Source: Gemmatimonadales bacterium (GTDB taxonomy: Bacteria > Gemmatimonadota > Gemmatimonadetes > Gemmatimonadales > GWC2-71-9). From it: DNA of 55,144 nt. Where the stretch lies: contig DATBBW010000053.1 in assembly GCA_036270795.1 (NCBI GenBank), forward strand, positions 1-55,144, given 5' to 3'. The notes under the pieces are model-generated. The model saw only the letters and a list, made by a program, of their open reading frames with translations. It ran no database searches and was not told the DNA's origin. Position numbers and translations under genes: made by a program. The stretch's first letter is position 1. Each line of letters opens with the position of its first letter. This document shows positions 1 to 7,680 of the stretch, one piece after another.

Positions 1-1
1 G

Positions 2-463
2 GCGCTCGCCGCGCTCGGGCTCGAGGCCTACGCCGATCAACATCCGTACGATCTGCCCCCGGCCTTCCGCAGGCTCGCGGCCCTCGCCGGCGCGCTCGCG
101 CTCGAGCCCCAGCTGCTCGTGCTGGACGAGCCCACGACCGGACTGGACCGCGCAGTCTGCGCCCGGGTGACGCGCGCCCTGTGCGAGCGCGCCGCGTCGG
201 GGACGGCGCTGCTCGTCATCACGCACGACCTCACATTCGCTGCCGAGGCGCTCGAGCGGGGTCTCGTGCTGGACCGCGGGCGGCTCGCCTACGACGAACC
301 GCTGGCTTCCCTCTTGCCCGCGCGCGAGCGCCTGGAGCCGCTTGGACTCGCGTCGCCCGCGGTGGCGACGCTCGCCGTGGCGCTCGACTTGCCCGGTCGC
401 CCGGTGCGGGCGGCGGACGCGGCGCGGGCGCTCGTCGTTGCCGCTGGTGGGCGCGCCCCCTAG
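2..463 (+). CDS. ABC transporter ATP-binding protein, C-terminal part (ECF/CbiO-like ATPase); 5' end lies outside the window
   Basis: The frame of the listed 119..463 ORF stays open back to base 2. Walker B/D-loop LLVLDEPTTGLD and H-loop ITHDL are present. Where LSGGQ is expected, the translation reads LPPAF (degenerate signature). Confidence 0.8.
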   Translation, partial: ALAALGLEAYADQHPYDLPPAFRRLAALAGALALEPQLLVLDEPTTGLDRAVCARVTRALCERAASGTALLVITHDLTFAAEALERGLVLDRGRLAYDEPLASLLPARERLEPLGLASPAVATLAVALDLPGRPVRAADAARALVVAAGGRAP

Positions 464-478
464 ATTGACGCGCCTCCC

Positions 479-2380
479 ATGCCAACGCTCGAGACGTTCG
501 CCACGCGGTTCGCACGCTGTGTGCGCTTGTTTCGCGACCCGAGCGCCAAAGGGGAGCAGAAGGCGGAGTTCCGCGCCGTGCTCGGCCTCCTCCAAGGGGC
601 GCTGACCCTCCGGGTACGGGACGGGCACCTCGAGGTCAACGGCGTGCCCTGTGAAGGCGAGGGACTCACCGTGCTCATCGAGCGGCTGGAGCTCCATGGC
701 ATCGGCGAGATTGCGATCCCGCAGGATCCGCCCCCGGCACAGTTGTTCGAGCTGTTCCGCTTGCTCGCCGATGCGCCTGGGATGGAGGAACCCCAGCGCC
801 GCCTGGGCGGGGTCGGCGCCACCCGGATTGAGATCGTGCCTACCGCGCCGCCCGCCGCGCCGCCCGCCGCGCCGCCCGCCGCACCGGCCCCGCCGCCGGC
901 GGCCCAAGAGATGTACGGCGCGGGAGCCCCGGTGATTCCCTCCGCTGACGAGCCAGGCGACCGTCGCTCGGGCGCGCTCGGCACTGAGGGGATCCTCCGA
1001 GGCGAGTCGTGGCGCGACATCCCGTCGGTCCCGCTTCAGGGCGTGCCGTTGGTGACGCATGATCCGCCGCCACCGCCGGCCGCCAACGCGCTTCCGGGAG
1101 CCCCGGGCGCGGCGCCGCCCCCGGCCCGACCCCAGCCCCCGCCCCCATCCCCACCCCCACCCCCACCCGCCGCCGCGACCGCACCGGGGGCATCCGACGA
1201 GCTCTCGCTCTCGGTTGAAGGGGCGCGCGGGCGGCCCCCGGGCAAGCGCGCTTCGGCGCCTGGCGCGCCCCCACCGAGCACCGGGTCCCCCGCTCCCGAG
1301 GCCCCCGCGAAACCGGCCAGCCGCGCCGGCGCCCGCGCCGCGCCGCGCGTCACCGCGCCGGGTTCGATTTCGGGCACGTTCCCGCCCGACGTGGCGGCCG
1401 CGCTCACGGAACTCGCGAGCCAACCCGAGGCCCTAAACGTCGACGACGTGCTCGCGGGGTTGGGGCGACAGGTGGAGGCGGCCCTCACGCACAACCGGAT
1501 GGAGCAGGTGCTCGCGATCATCAGCGCGATCCTCGCCGCCGAGCGGAAAGTCCCCGAGGCCAGCGGGGTGCGGCGCCAGTACACCATCGCATTGAAGCGC
1601 GTGTACACCAAACGCGTGCTGGACGGGCTGACCCAGCTCGTCCGGGTCCCGAGGCACCGGCCCGAGGCCGTGGCCGCGCTGCAGCGCGCCGGAGCCGACG
1701 CCGTGGAGGTTCTGGTCGACAGACTGGTTTCGGCGCCCACCGTGGCCGAACGCCGCGGGGTGTTCGACGCGCTGCGGCAGATGACCGAGGGTACCGGCCA
1801 GCTGATCCAGATGCTCGACCACCGCGAGTGGTTCGTCGTGCGCAACGTCGCCGAGTTGCTCGGCGAGCTGGGCATGGACGACGCCATCCCGGCGCTGGCA
1901 CGCAAGCTGGCGCACGAGGATGAACGGGTGCGCAAGGCTGCGGGCCTCGCGCTCGCCAAGATCGGCACGCGCAGCGCCGCGGAGCCCTTGCGGCGCGCGC
2001 TGCGCGACAAGTCAGCGGACGTCCGGATGCAGGTGGCGTTGGGGATCGGGGGGCGGAAGTCGGTGGCGCTCGCGATGCCCATCGTCGTGGCGTTGGGAGA
2101 GGAGGAGGACGAGAACGTCGAACGCGAACTGATCCTCGCGCTCGGCCGCATCGGCAGCCCCGACGCCGTGCAAGCGCTCATCAAGGTGGCGCAGCCCGCC
2201 GGGCGCATCTTTGGCCGTAAGCCGAGCGGCCTGCGGCTCGCGGCCGTCGAGGCGCTGCGGCTCGCCGGCACCCCCCCCGCGGTCGGGACGCTCGAGGGCC
2301 TGGCGGACGACGGGGATCGCCAGGTGCGGGCCGCCGCGCGGGAGGCGCTCGAGCAGCTGAAACGGAAACCGCGGGCCTGA
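479..2380 (+). CDS. HEAT-repeat protein with a long Pro/Ala-rich low-complexity central region
   Basis: 633-aa ORF starting 16 nt after the upstream stop. The C-terminal third has PBS-lyase/HEAT-like repeats (WFVVRNVAELLGELG, DERVRKAAGLALAKIG, SADVRMQVALGIG, DRQVRAAAREAL). The middle is PPAAPPAAPP.../PPPPSPPPPPP low complexity. Confidence 0.75.
   Translation: MPTLETFATRFARCVRLFRDPSAKGEQKAEFRAVLGLLQGALTLRVRDGHLEVNGVPCEGEGLTVLIERLELHGIGEIAIPQDPPPAQLFELFRLLADAPGMEEPQRRLGGVGATRIEIVPTAPPAAPPAAPPAAPAPPPAAQEMYGAGAPVIPSADEPGDRRSGALGTEGILRGESWRDIPSVPLQGVPLVTHDPPPPPAANALPGAPGAAPPPARPQPPPPSPPPPPPAAATAPGASDELSLSVEGARGRPPGKRASAPGAPPPSTGSPAPEAPAKPASRAGARAAPRVTAPGSISGTFPPDVAAALTELASQPEALNVDDVLAGLGRQVEAALTHNRMEQVLAIISAILAAERKVPEASGVRRQYTIALKRVYTKRVLDGLTQLVRVPRHRPEAVAALQRAGADAVEVLVDRLVSAPTVAERRGVFDALRQMTEGTGQLIQMLDHREWFVVRNVAELLGELGMDDAIPALARKLAHEDERVRKAAGLALAKIGTRSAAEPLRRALRDKSADVRMQVALGIGGRKSVALAMPIVVALGEEEDENVERELILALGRIGSPDAVQALIKVAQPAGRIFGRKPSGLRLAAVEALRLAGTPPAVGTLEGLADDGDRQVRAAAREALEQLKRKPRA
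845..880 (+). repeat. Three perfect tandem copies of the 12-nt unit gcgccgcccgcc inside the HEAT-repeat gene (encodes the PAAP repeats)
   Basis: Read directly from the sequence: gcgccgcccgcc x3 at 845-856, 857-868 and 869-880. Confidence 0.85.
1130..1168 (-). repeat. Dense C-tract block (G-tracts on the minus strand), a potential G-quadruplex/i-motif element within the HEAT-repeat gene
   Basis: Seven runs of at least 3 C in 39 nt: cccc ag ccccc g ccccc at cccc a ccccc a ccccc a ccc. Confidence 0.6.
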
Positions 2381-2407
2381 GGACGGGCCCCGGCGCGGCG
2401 CGGTGGG

Positions 2408-3478
2408 CTAGCTGGGAACGAAGCTGAGCTTGGGATCGAGCCGCCGCGCGAAGGCGGCGAGCAGCTGCGCGGCGCGCGCGAGATCCTCCCGCGCCACCAT
2501 CTCGTTGGGGCTGTGCATGTAGCGATTAGGCACGCTGACGAGTCCCGTCGGAATCCCGCGCAGCGCGTTGTAGATCGCATCGGCGTCGGTGCCGGTGTCG
2601 TGCGGCGCCGCTTGGACGCTGTACGGGATCTTCTCTCGCTCGGCACACGCCGCCAGCAGCTCGAACACGACGGGGCTCACCGCCGAGCCGCGCGCCAGCA
2701 CCGGCCCGCCGCCGAGCTTGTGCTCACCGGCGCGCTTCTTCTCCGCGCCGGGGTAATCAGTCGCGTGCGTGACGTCCACCACGAGCGCCACCTGGGGGTC
2801 GATCCCCACGGCGCTCGTGCGCGCGCCACCTCCCGTCCACGCGATTTCCTCGCGCGTGGTCGCCACGGCGAACACCGCCGCATGCTTGGGCCGGTCCCGG
2901 GCGAGGAGCCGCACGGCCTCCGCCACGACGTACGCGCCGATCCGGTTGTCGATGCTGCGGGACACGATGCGGCCGTTGGGGAACTCCTGCACCGCCGCGT
3001 CGAGCACCGCCGGGTCGCCCACGCTCACCCGCTCCAACGCGTCGGCCTTCCCTTCGGCGCCGACATCAATCCACAGGTCGGTGATCTTGGAGACCTTGTC
3101 CATGTCCTCGCGCTTCATGAGGTGGACCGCCTGCTTGCCGATCACGCCCCGCACCGGCCCGTTCCGGCCGGCAATGACCACGCGCTGCCCCACGAGGACC
3201 TGCGAGTCCCATCCGCCGATCCCGGCGAAGTAGACATACCCTTCGTCGTCCACGTGGGTGACCTGCAGGCCGATTTCGTCGATGTGGCCGGCGAGCATGA
3301 GGCGGGGCGCCCCCGCGGGGTTGAGCGCGGCGACCGAGTTGCCGTGCACGTCGGCCGTGATCTGGTCCGCGAAGGTCTTGACCTCCTCGCGCCAAACCCG
3401 CGCCGGCGCCGTTTCGAAGCCCGAGGGGCCGGGCGTGTCGAGGAGCCGCTTCAAGAAGTCCAACGTATCGGTCGTCAT
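2408..3478 (-). CDS. M42 family metallopeptidase (FrvX/YsdC-like aminopeptidase)
   Basis: The ORF 2408..3658 is trimmed to the ATG at 3478 (MTTDTLDFLKRLLDTPGPSGFE, a typical M42 N-terminus). The upstream 60 codons are Arg-rich junk. The start overlaps the CapA stop by 4 nt. Confidence 0.85.
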   Translation of the reverse strand: MTTDTLDFLKRLLDTPGPSGFETAPARVWREEVKTFADQITADVHGNSVAALNPAGAPRLMLAGHIDEIGLQVTHVDDEGYVYFAGIGGWDSQVLVGQRVVIAGRNGPVRGVIGKQAVHLMKREDMDKVSKITDLWIDVGAEGKADALERVSVGDPAVLDAAVQEFPNGRIVSRSIDNRIGAYVVAEAVRLLARDRPKHAAVFAVATTREEIAWTGGGARTSAVGIDPQVALVVDVTHATDYPGAEKKRAGEHKLGGGPVLARGSAVSPVVFELLAACAEREKIPYSVQAAPHDTGTDADAIYNALRGIPTGLVSVPNRYMHSPNEMVAREDLARAAQLLAAFARRLDPKLSFVPS

Positions 3479-4476
3479 GGTTTGCTGACCGTGGAGAGGG
3501 GGACGCCGAACCGGTCGCGAACGCTGTCGGCGGCGGCGCCGGTCACGAGCCGTGGCTGGTACCCGACGCGCACCGGGATCGCGGATAACCGCATCGTTCT
3601 GTCGGGGGCGATGGCGACGCGGAGGATCGCCGACAGCCCGGTCCAGGGCTCGCCCCACGCAAACACGAAGTCACCGAGCGACTGCACCACGGGCCGGCCC
3701 TTGTACCACACGACCCGCTGCAGCACGTGCGGATGGTGCGCCAGCACGATGTCGGCGCCGGCGTCCACCAGGCCGTACAGGAAGTCGCGGTGGTAGTCGG
3801 GCGGCGCATCTGCGTACTCCTTCCCGCCGTGGACGCTGACGATGAGCAGGTCCGCCCGGCCGCTCGCCTTGAGCTCGCGGATCGCGGGGTAGATCCACGA
3901 CGGGTCGCCCCACGCAATCCAGCGGGCGCCTGCGTGGCGGTAGAACGCATACGGGGCCGGGTTCCAGGCGCGGGTCACCGCGAAGAACGCCACACGCCAG
4001 CTGCGACGCCGCACGATCACCGGCTGCTGCACCATATCGCGCCCGTACGCGGACCCCACGAACAGGACGCCCGCGCGGGTCAGCTGGCGCATCGTCTCTT
4101 CCACTCCGGGCTGGCCGGCGTCCCAGGCATGGTTGTTCGCGGTGCTCACCACGGCGAACCCAGCGCCCGCCAGCGCACGGGCGGCGACGCGCGGCGCCGT
4201 GAACAGAAACGGTGTTTCGTGGAGCAGCGCGCTATCGGGGGCGATCGGGCTCTCGAGATTGCCGAACGCGATGTCCGCGCCGCGCAGCGTGTCGCCGAAC
4301 ACGCGGAACGGATACAGGGTGTCGCCCGCCAGCAGCCGTTGCTTGGCGAGCTGGCGCCCGAGATTGATGTCTCCCACCGCGTACAGGCGCAGGGTGTCCC
4401 CCGGCGCCTGCGCACGCACCGGCGCGCCGACGCCGACCGCCATGCTCCACGCACGCACCAGGATCCCGATCACCAT
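3475..4476 (-). CDS. CapA family protein (PGA_cap metallophosphoesterase-like, poly-gamma-glutamate capsule-synthesis family)
   Basis: 333-aa ORF with a hydrophobic N-terminus and CapA-type motifs (VGDINLGR, FGNLESP, STANNHAWD, VSVHGGKEY). Confidence 0.8.
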   Translation of the reverse strand: MVIGILVRAWSMAVGVGAPVRAQAPGDTLRLYAVGDINLGRQLAKQRLLAGDTLYPFRVFGDTLRGADIAFGNLESPIAPDSALLHETPFLFTAPRVAARALAGAGFAVVSTANNHAWDAGQPGVEETMRQLTRAGVLFVGSAYGRDMVQQPVIVRRRSWRVAFFAVTRAWNPAPYAFYRHAGARWIAWGDPSWIYPAIRELKASGRADLLIVSVHGGKEYADAPPDYHRDFLYGLVDAGADIVLAHHPHVLQRVVWYKGRPVVQSLGDFVFAWGEPWTGLSAILRVAIAPDRTMRLSAIPVRVGYQPRLVTGAAADSVRDRFGVPLSTVSKP

Positions 4477-4495
4477 GTCGTCATCCGCGCCAGAC

Positions 4496-5365
4496 TCATG
4501 CGGCCCCTCGGCGAGCGATCAGCTGGACCAGCAGTGCGGCGGCGTCCACCAGGCGCGGGCCGGGTCGTGAGGTGTAGGCATTACCGTCAAGAAACGCGAC
4601 CGGCTGTCGAAACAACGTCTGGGCGACGGGGTCGGCGACGGCAGCGAACTCCGTCCGCGCCCGCGGGACGTCGAACCCGCACAGCGCAATCACGACGAGG
4701 TCCGGCGCGAGGGCCGCAAGCTGCGGCCACGGCTCCGCGTGTGACGGCTCGCCCCGGACGGCGGCCACCGCCTCGCCCCCGGCGAGGTCCACCAACTCGG
4801 GGACCCAGTGGCCGGCGACGTAGGGCGGCTCGAGCCATTCCATCACCAGAACCCGCGCCCGCCGGGCCGGCGCGGCGCGCTGCACGTCGATGCGCAGCCG
4901 CCGCAGCCGATACTCGAGCCCGCGCACCAGCTCCTCCGCCTCGTCCTGCAGCCCTACGCCGTCGCCCACCCTGCGGATGTCGACGAGCACGTCGGCGAGG
5001 GTGTGGGCATGCAGCGTGACCACCCAGGGTGTGGGCATCAGGGTCGCGACGAGGCGTGCGAGTTCCGCGTCGCCCACCGCGCACACCTGGCAGACCGACT
5101 GCCCGATGATCACGTCGGGGCGCAGCCGGGCCACGAGCTCCACGTCCACCGTGATGGGAGCCGTCCCCGCCCGACGGGCTGCGCCCACGGCGCGGTCGAT
5201 CTCCTGGGAGGGCCGGGTCGTGTCGACCAGCGTACGGGTGACCCGTGGCAGGCCCTGCACCTCGGGCGGATAGTCGCACGCGTGCGACACCCCGACGAGG
5301 TAGCTACCCGCTCCCAGCGCGGCGACGATCTCCGTCGCGGCCGGGAGTAGCGAGACGACGCGCAT
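4496..5365 (-). CDS. Periplasmic-binding-protein family 8 (BtuF/FhuD-like cobalamin or Fe-siderophore binding fold) with no visible signal peptide
   Basis: The ORF is trimmed to the ATG at 5365 (MRVVSLLPAATEIVAALGAG...VGVSHACDYP, the usual start of the mature BtuF-like fold). The longer reading would overlap the OPT gene. Confidence 0.7.
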   Translation of the reverse strand: MRVVSLLPAATEIVAALGAGSYLVGVSHACDYPPEVQGLPRVTRTLVDTTRPSQEIDRAVGAARRAGTAPITVDVELVARLRPDVIIGQSVCQVCAVGDAELARLVATLMPTPWVVTLHAHTLADVLVDIRRVGDGVGLQDEAEELVRGLEYRLRRLRIDVQRAAPARRARVLVMEWLEPPYVAGHWVPELVDLAGGEAVAAVRGEPSHAEPWPQLAALAPDLVVIALCGFDVPRARTEFAAVADPVAQTLFRQPVAFLDGNAYTSRPGPRLVDAAALLVQLIARRGAA

Positions 5366-5378
5366 CGCGACGGCCGCG

Positions 5379-7544
5379 CTATTCCTTCCGGAGCCCGACG
5401 CGGTACAGTAAGCCCCCCAAGAGCCCGAACAGCGCGAGCGAGACCAGTCCCGACGTCGCGAAGGGGCCGAGCTTCTTGTACAGGCCGATCGTGTCGCCCA
5501 GCCAGTCGGCACTACCCTGCGCCCCCGCGATCCCGGCGACGAGGATGCCTGCGATCGCCCCGCCCGCGATCAGGCCGCTCGAGAACAACACCCCTGGTCC
5601 CGATTCGATCTCGGCGAGGGAGCGCTCTTGGGACTTGAGCTTGCGCTCGACGAGCCAACGGATGATCCCGCCCGCGAAGATCCCGGCGGACGTGGACAAC
5701 GGGAGGTACACACCGACCGCCACGGGGAGCGACTGGACGCCCATCAGCTCGATCGCGAGGGCGATACACACCCCGATGAGGACGAGGCTCCAGGGCAGCC
5801 GCTGAGTCAGGATGCCGTCGGCGATGAGCGCCATGAGCGTGGCCTTCGGCGAGTCGAGGCGCTTCAGCTCGCGCCCGGCGTAGTCATGCATCCGTCCCCC
5901 GATGCCGGGATCCACCACGTAGCGGATCGTGTGGGTGCGCGGGTCCACCAAGTACTTGCCCGGCGGCACGCCGTTAGTCGGCAAGTACACGCGCACCACC
6001 GGATAGGACGCCGAATCAATCGCGGCGCCGCCCGCCACGTGGAAGTGAGACATCACCTCGCCCAGCGCCACGACATTCCCGTCGGCGCTGGCGCCATGCG
6101 TGGGTGCGGTGAATCCCGGGTGCGCCTCGGGCACTTCGAACTGGTAGGACTTGTTGAGGAACGTGAGGGTCCAGCCGACCGCGAGGGCTGAGACGAGCGA
6201 GCCGAGCAGGATGGCGATCTGCTGGCGGCGCGGCGTGGCGCCGATGAGGAAGCCGGTCTTCAAGTCCTGGGACGTATTGCCGCCGTTCGCCGCCGCCACC
6301 GCGATCACGGCGGCGATGGAAATGGCCTGCACGCGGTGGTCGATCCCGGTCCAGTGGAGCAGCAAAAAGATCGCACACGTCCCGAGCAGGGCCGCGATCG
6401 TCATACCGGAGATGGGGTTCACCGAGCTCCCGATCTGGCCGGTAATGCGGGACGACACCGTGGTAAAGAAGAACCCGAACGCGACGATCAGCGCCGCGCC
6501 GAGCAGATTCACCTTGAGCTGCGGCAGCAGCACCAGCCCGAAGGCCAGCAGGAGCGCCCCGACCACCGTGACCGTGATTGGCAGGTCGTCCTCGGTGCGG
6601 AGCTTCTCGGCCACGCCTTGCCCCAGCCGACTGGCCCGCAAGCTGGCGAACCCGGCACCAAAGGCGCTCACGATGGTGGGGACAGCGCGCACGAGCGCGA
6701 TGATGCCGCCGGTCGCGACCGCGCCCGCGCCGATATAGAACACGAACGCGGCGCGGATCTCCCCGGCCGACATGTCCTTGATGAGGGTGGTCGCCGGGTA
6801 CATCGGCGCGAGCATGCTCTCGCCGAACAGCTTGATGGTGGGCATGAGCACGAGGTAGGCGAGGCAGCCGCCGGCGAACAGGTAGCCGGCGATGCGGGCC
6901 CCGATGATATAGCCCACGCCCATCAGCTCGGGCCCGACCTCCATCCGCACCTCGGCACCCTTGAACCACTGGAGCACGCGCGTGGGATACTCCGGCCAGA
7001 GCTTCAAGGCGGTCATCAAGAACTTGTACGCGAAGGCGAGGCCGAACGCCTGGAACACCGTCTTCGCGTGAATGCCGCCCTGCTCCCCGGCGATCAGCAC
7101 CTCGGCGCAGGCCGTACCCTCGGGGTAGGGGAGATTGCCGTGCTCTTTCACGATGAGCGCGCGGCGCAGCGGGATCATCATCAGGATCCCGAGCAGCCCC
7201 CCGGCGACCGCCAGCACGGCGACGCGGGAGATCTCCAAGTCGTAGCCCATCAAGAGGATCGCCGGGATCGTGAACACCACGCCGGCGGCCACCGAGTCGG
7301 CCGCCGACCCAGTGGTCTGCACAATGTTGTTTTCGAGGATCGTAGCGCGGCCCAGGGCGCGGAAGATCGTGATGGAGAGTACGGCGATCGGGATCGACGC
7401 GCTCACCGTGAGGCCGATCTTCAGCGCGAGGTACACGTTCGAGGCGCCGAAAATGAGCCCGAGCAGGGCACCCAAGATCAGCGCCCGCGGCGTCAGCTCG
7501 GCCGTGAAGTGCGTCGCCGGGATGTAGGGCTGGTGTTCGGGCAT
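5379..7544 (-). CDS. OPT superfamily oligopeptide transporter
   Basis: ORF trimmed to the ATG at 7544 (MPEHQPYIP..). It is polytopic, about 720 aa, with an OPT-like N-terminus (ELTPRALILGALLGLIFGASNVYLALKIGLTVSASIP). Confidence 0.85.
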   Translation of the reverse strand: MPEHQPYIPATHFTAELTPRALILGALLGLIFGASNVYLALKIGLTVSASIPIAVLSITIFRALGRATILENNIVQTTGSAADSVAAGVVFTIPAILLMGYDLEISRVAVLAVAGGLLGILMMIPLRRALIVKEHGNLPYPEGTACAEVLIAGEQGGIHAKTVFQAFGLAFAYKFLMTALKLWPEYPTRVLQWFKGAEVRMEVGPELMGVGYIIGARIAGYLFAGGCLAYLVLMPTIKLFGESMLAPMYPATTLIKDMSAGEIRAAFVFYIGAGAVATGGIIALVRAVPTIVSAFGAGFASLRASRLGQGVAEKLRTEDDLPITVTVVGALLLAFGLVLLPQLKVNLLGAALIVAFGFFFTTVSSRITGQIGSSVNPISGMTIAALLGTCAIFLLLHWTGIDHRVQAISIAAVIAVAAANGGNTSQDLKTGFLIGATPRRQQIAILLGSLVSALAVGWTLTFLNKSYQFEVPEAHPGFTAPTHGASADGNVVALGEVMSHFHVAGGAAIDSASYPVVRVYLPTNGVPPGKYLVDPRTHTIRYVVDPGIGGRMHDYAGRELKRLDSPKATLMALIADGILTQRLPWSLVLIGVCIALAIELMGVQSLPVAVGVYLPLSTSAGIFAGGIIRWLVERKLKSQERSLAEIESGPGVLFSSGLIAGGAIAGILVAGIAGAQGSADWLGDTIGLYKKLGPFATSGLVSLALFGLLGGLLYRVGLRKE

Positions 7545-7680
7545 AGGGCGCTCAATCTGAGGGCGGGCCGGACAGGACGGTAGTGGGTGGCGCTCGCGGG
7601 GCGCGGCGCGTGGTCCCAGCCCGCCCCCCGCCGCCAACGTCGCGGAACCTCGTCAGGTCCCCCCGGGGTACTGAGGCGCG

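Noticed and set aside
1036-2646. 536-aa minus-strand ORF antisense to the HEAT-repeat gene. The same class includes 25839..27830 (+, 663 aa), 27855..29330 (+), 29358..30866 (+), 32747..34696 (+, 649 aa), 35528..37165 (+, 545 aa), 37634..39895 (+, 753 aa), 38868..40421 (-, 517 aa), 40943..42955 (+, 670 aa), 51795..53192 (-), 53116..54270 (+), 3727..5019 (+) and 6336..7583 (+).
   Set aside because: Their translations are Arg/Gly/Pro/Ala-rich with no recognisable motifs. Each lies opposite, or out of frame to, an ORF with clear family signatures. Long stop-free shadow frames are expected at this GC content.
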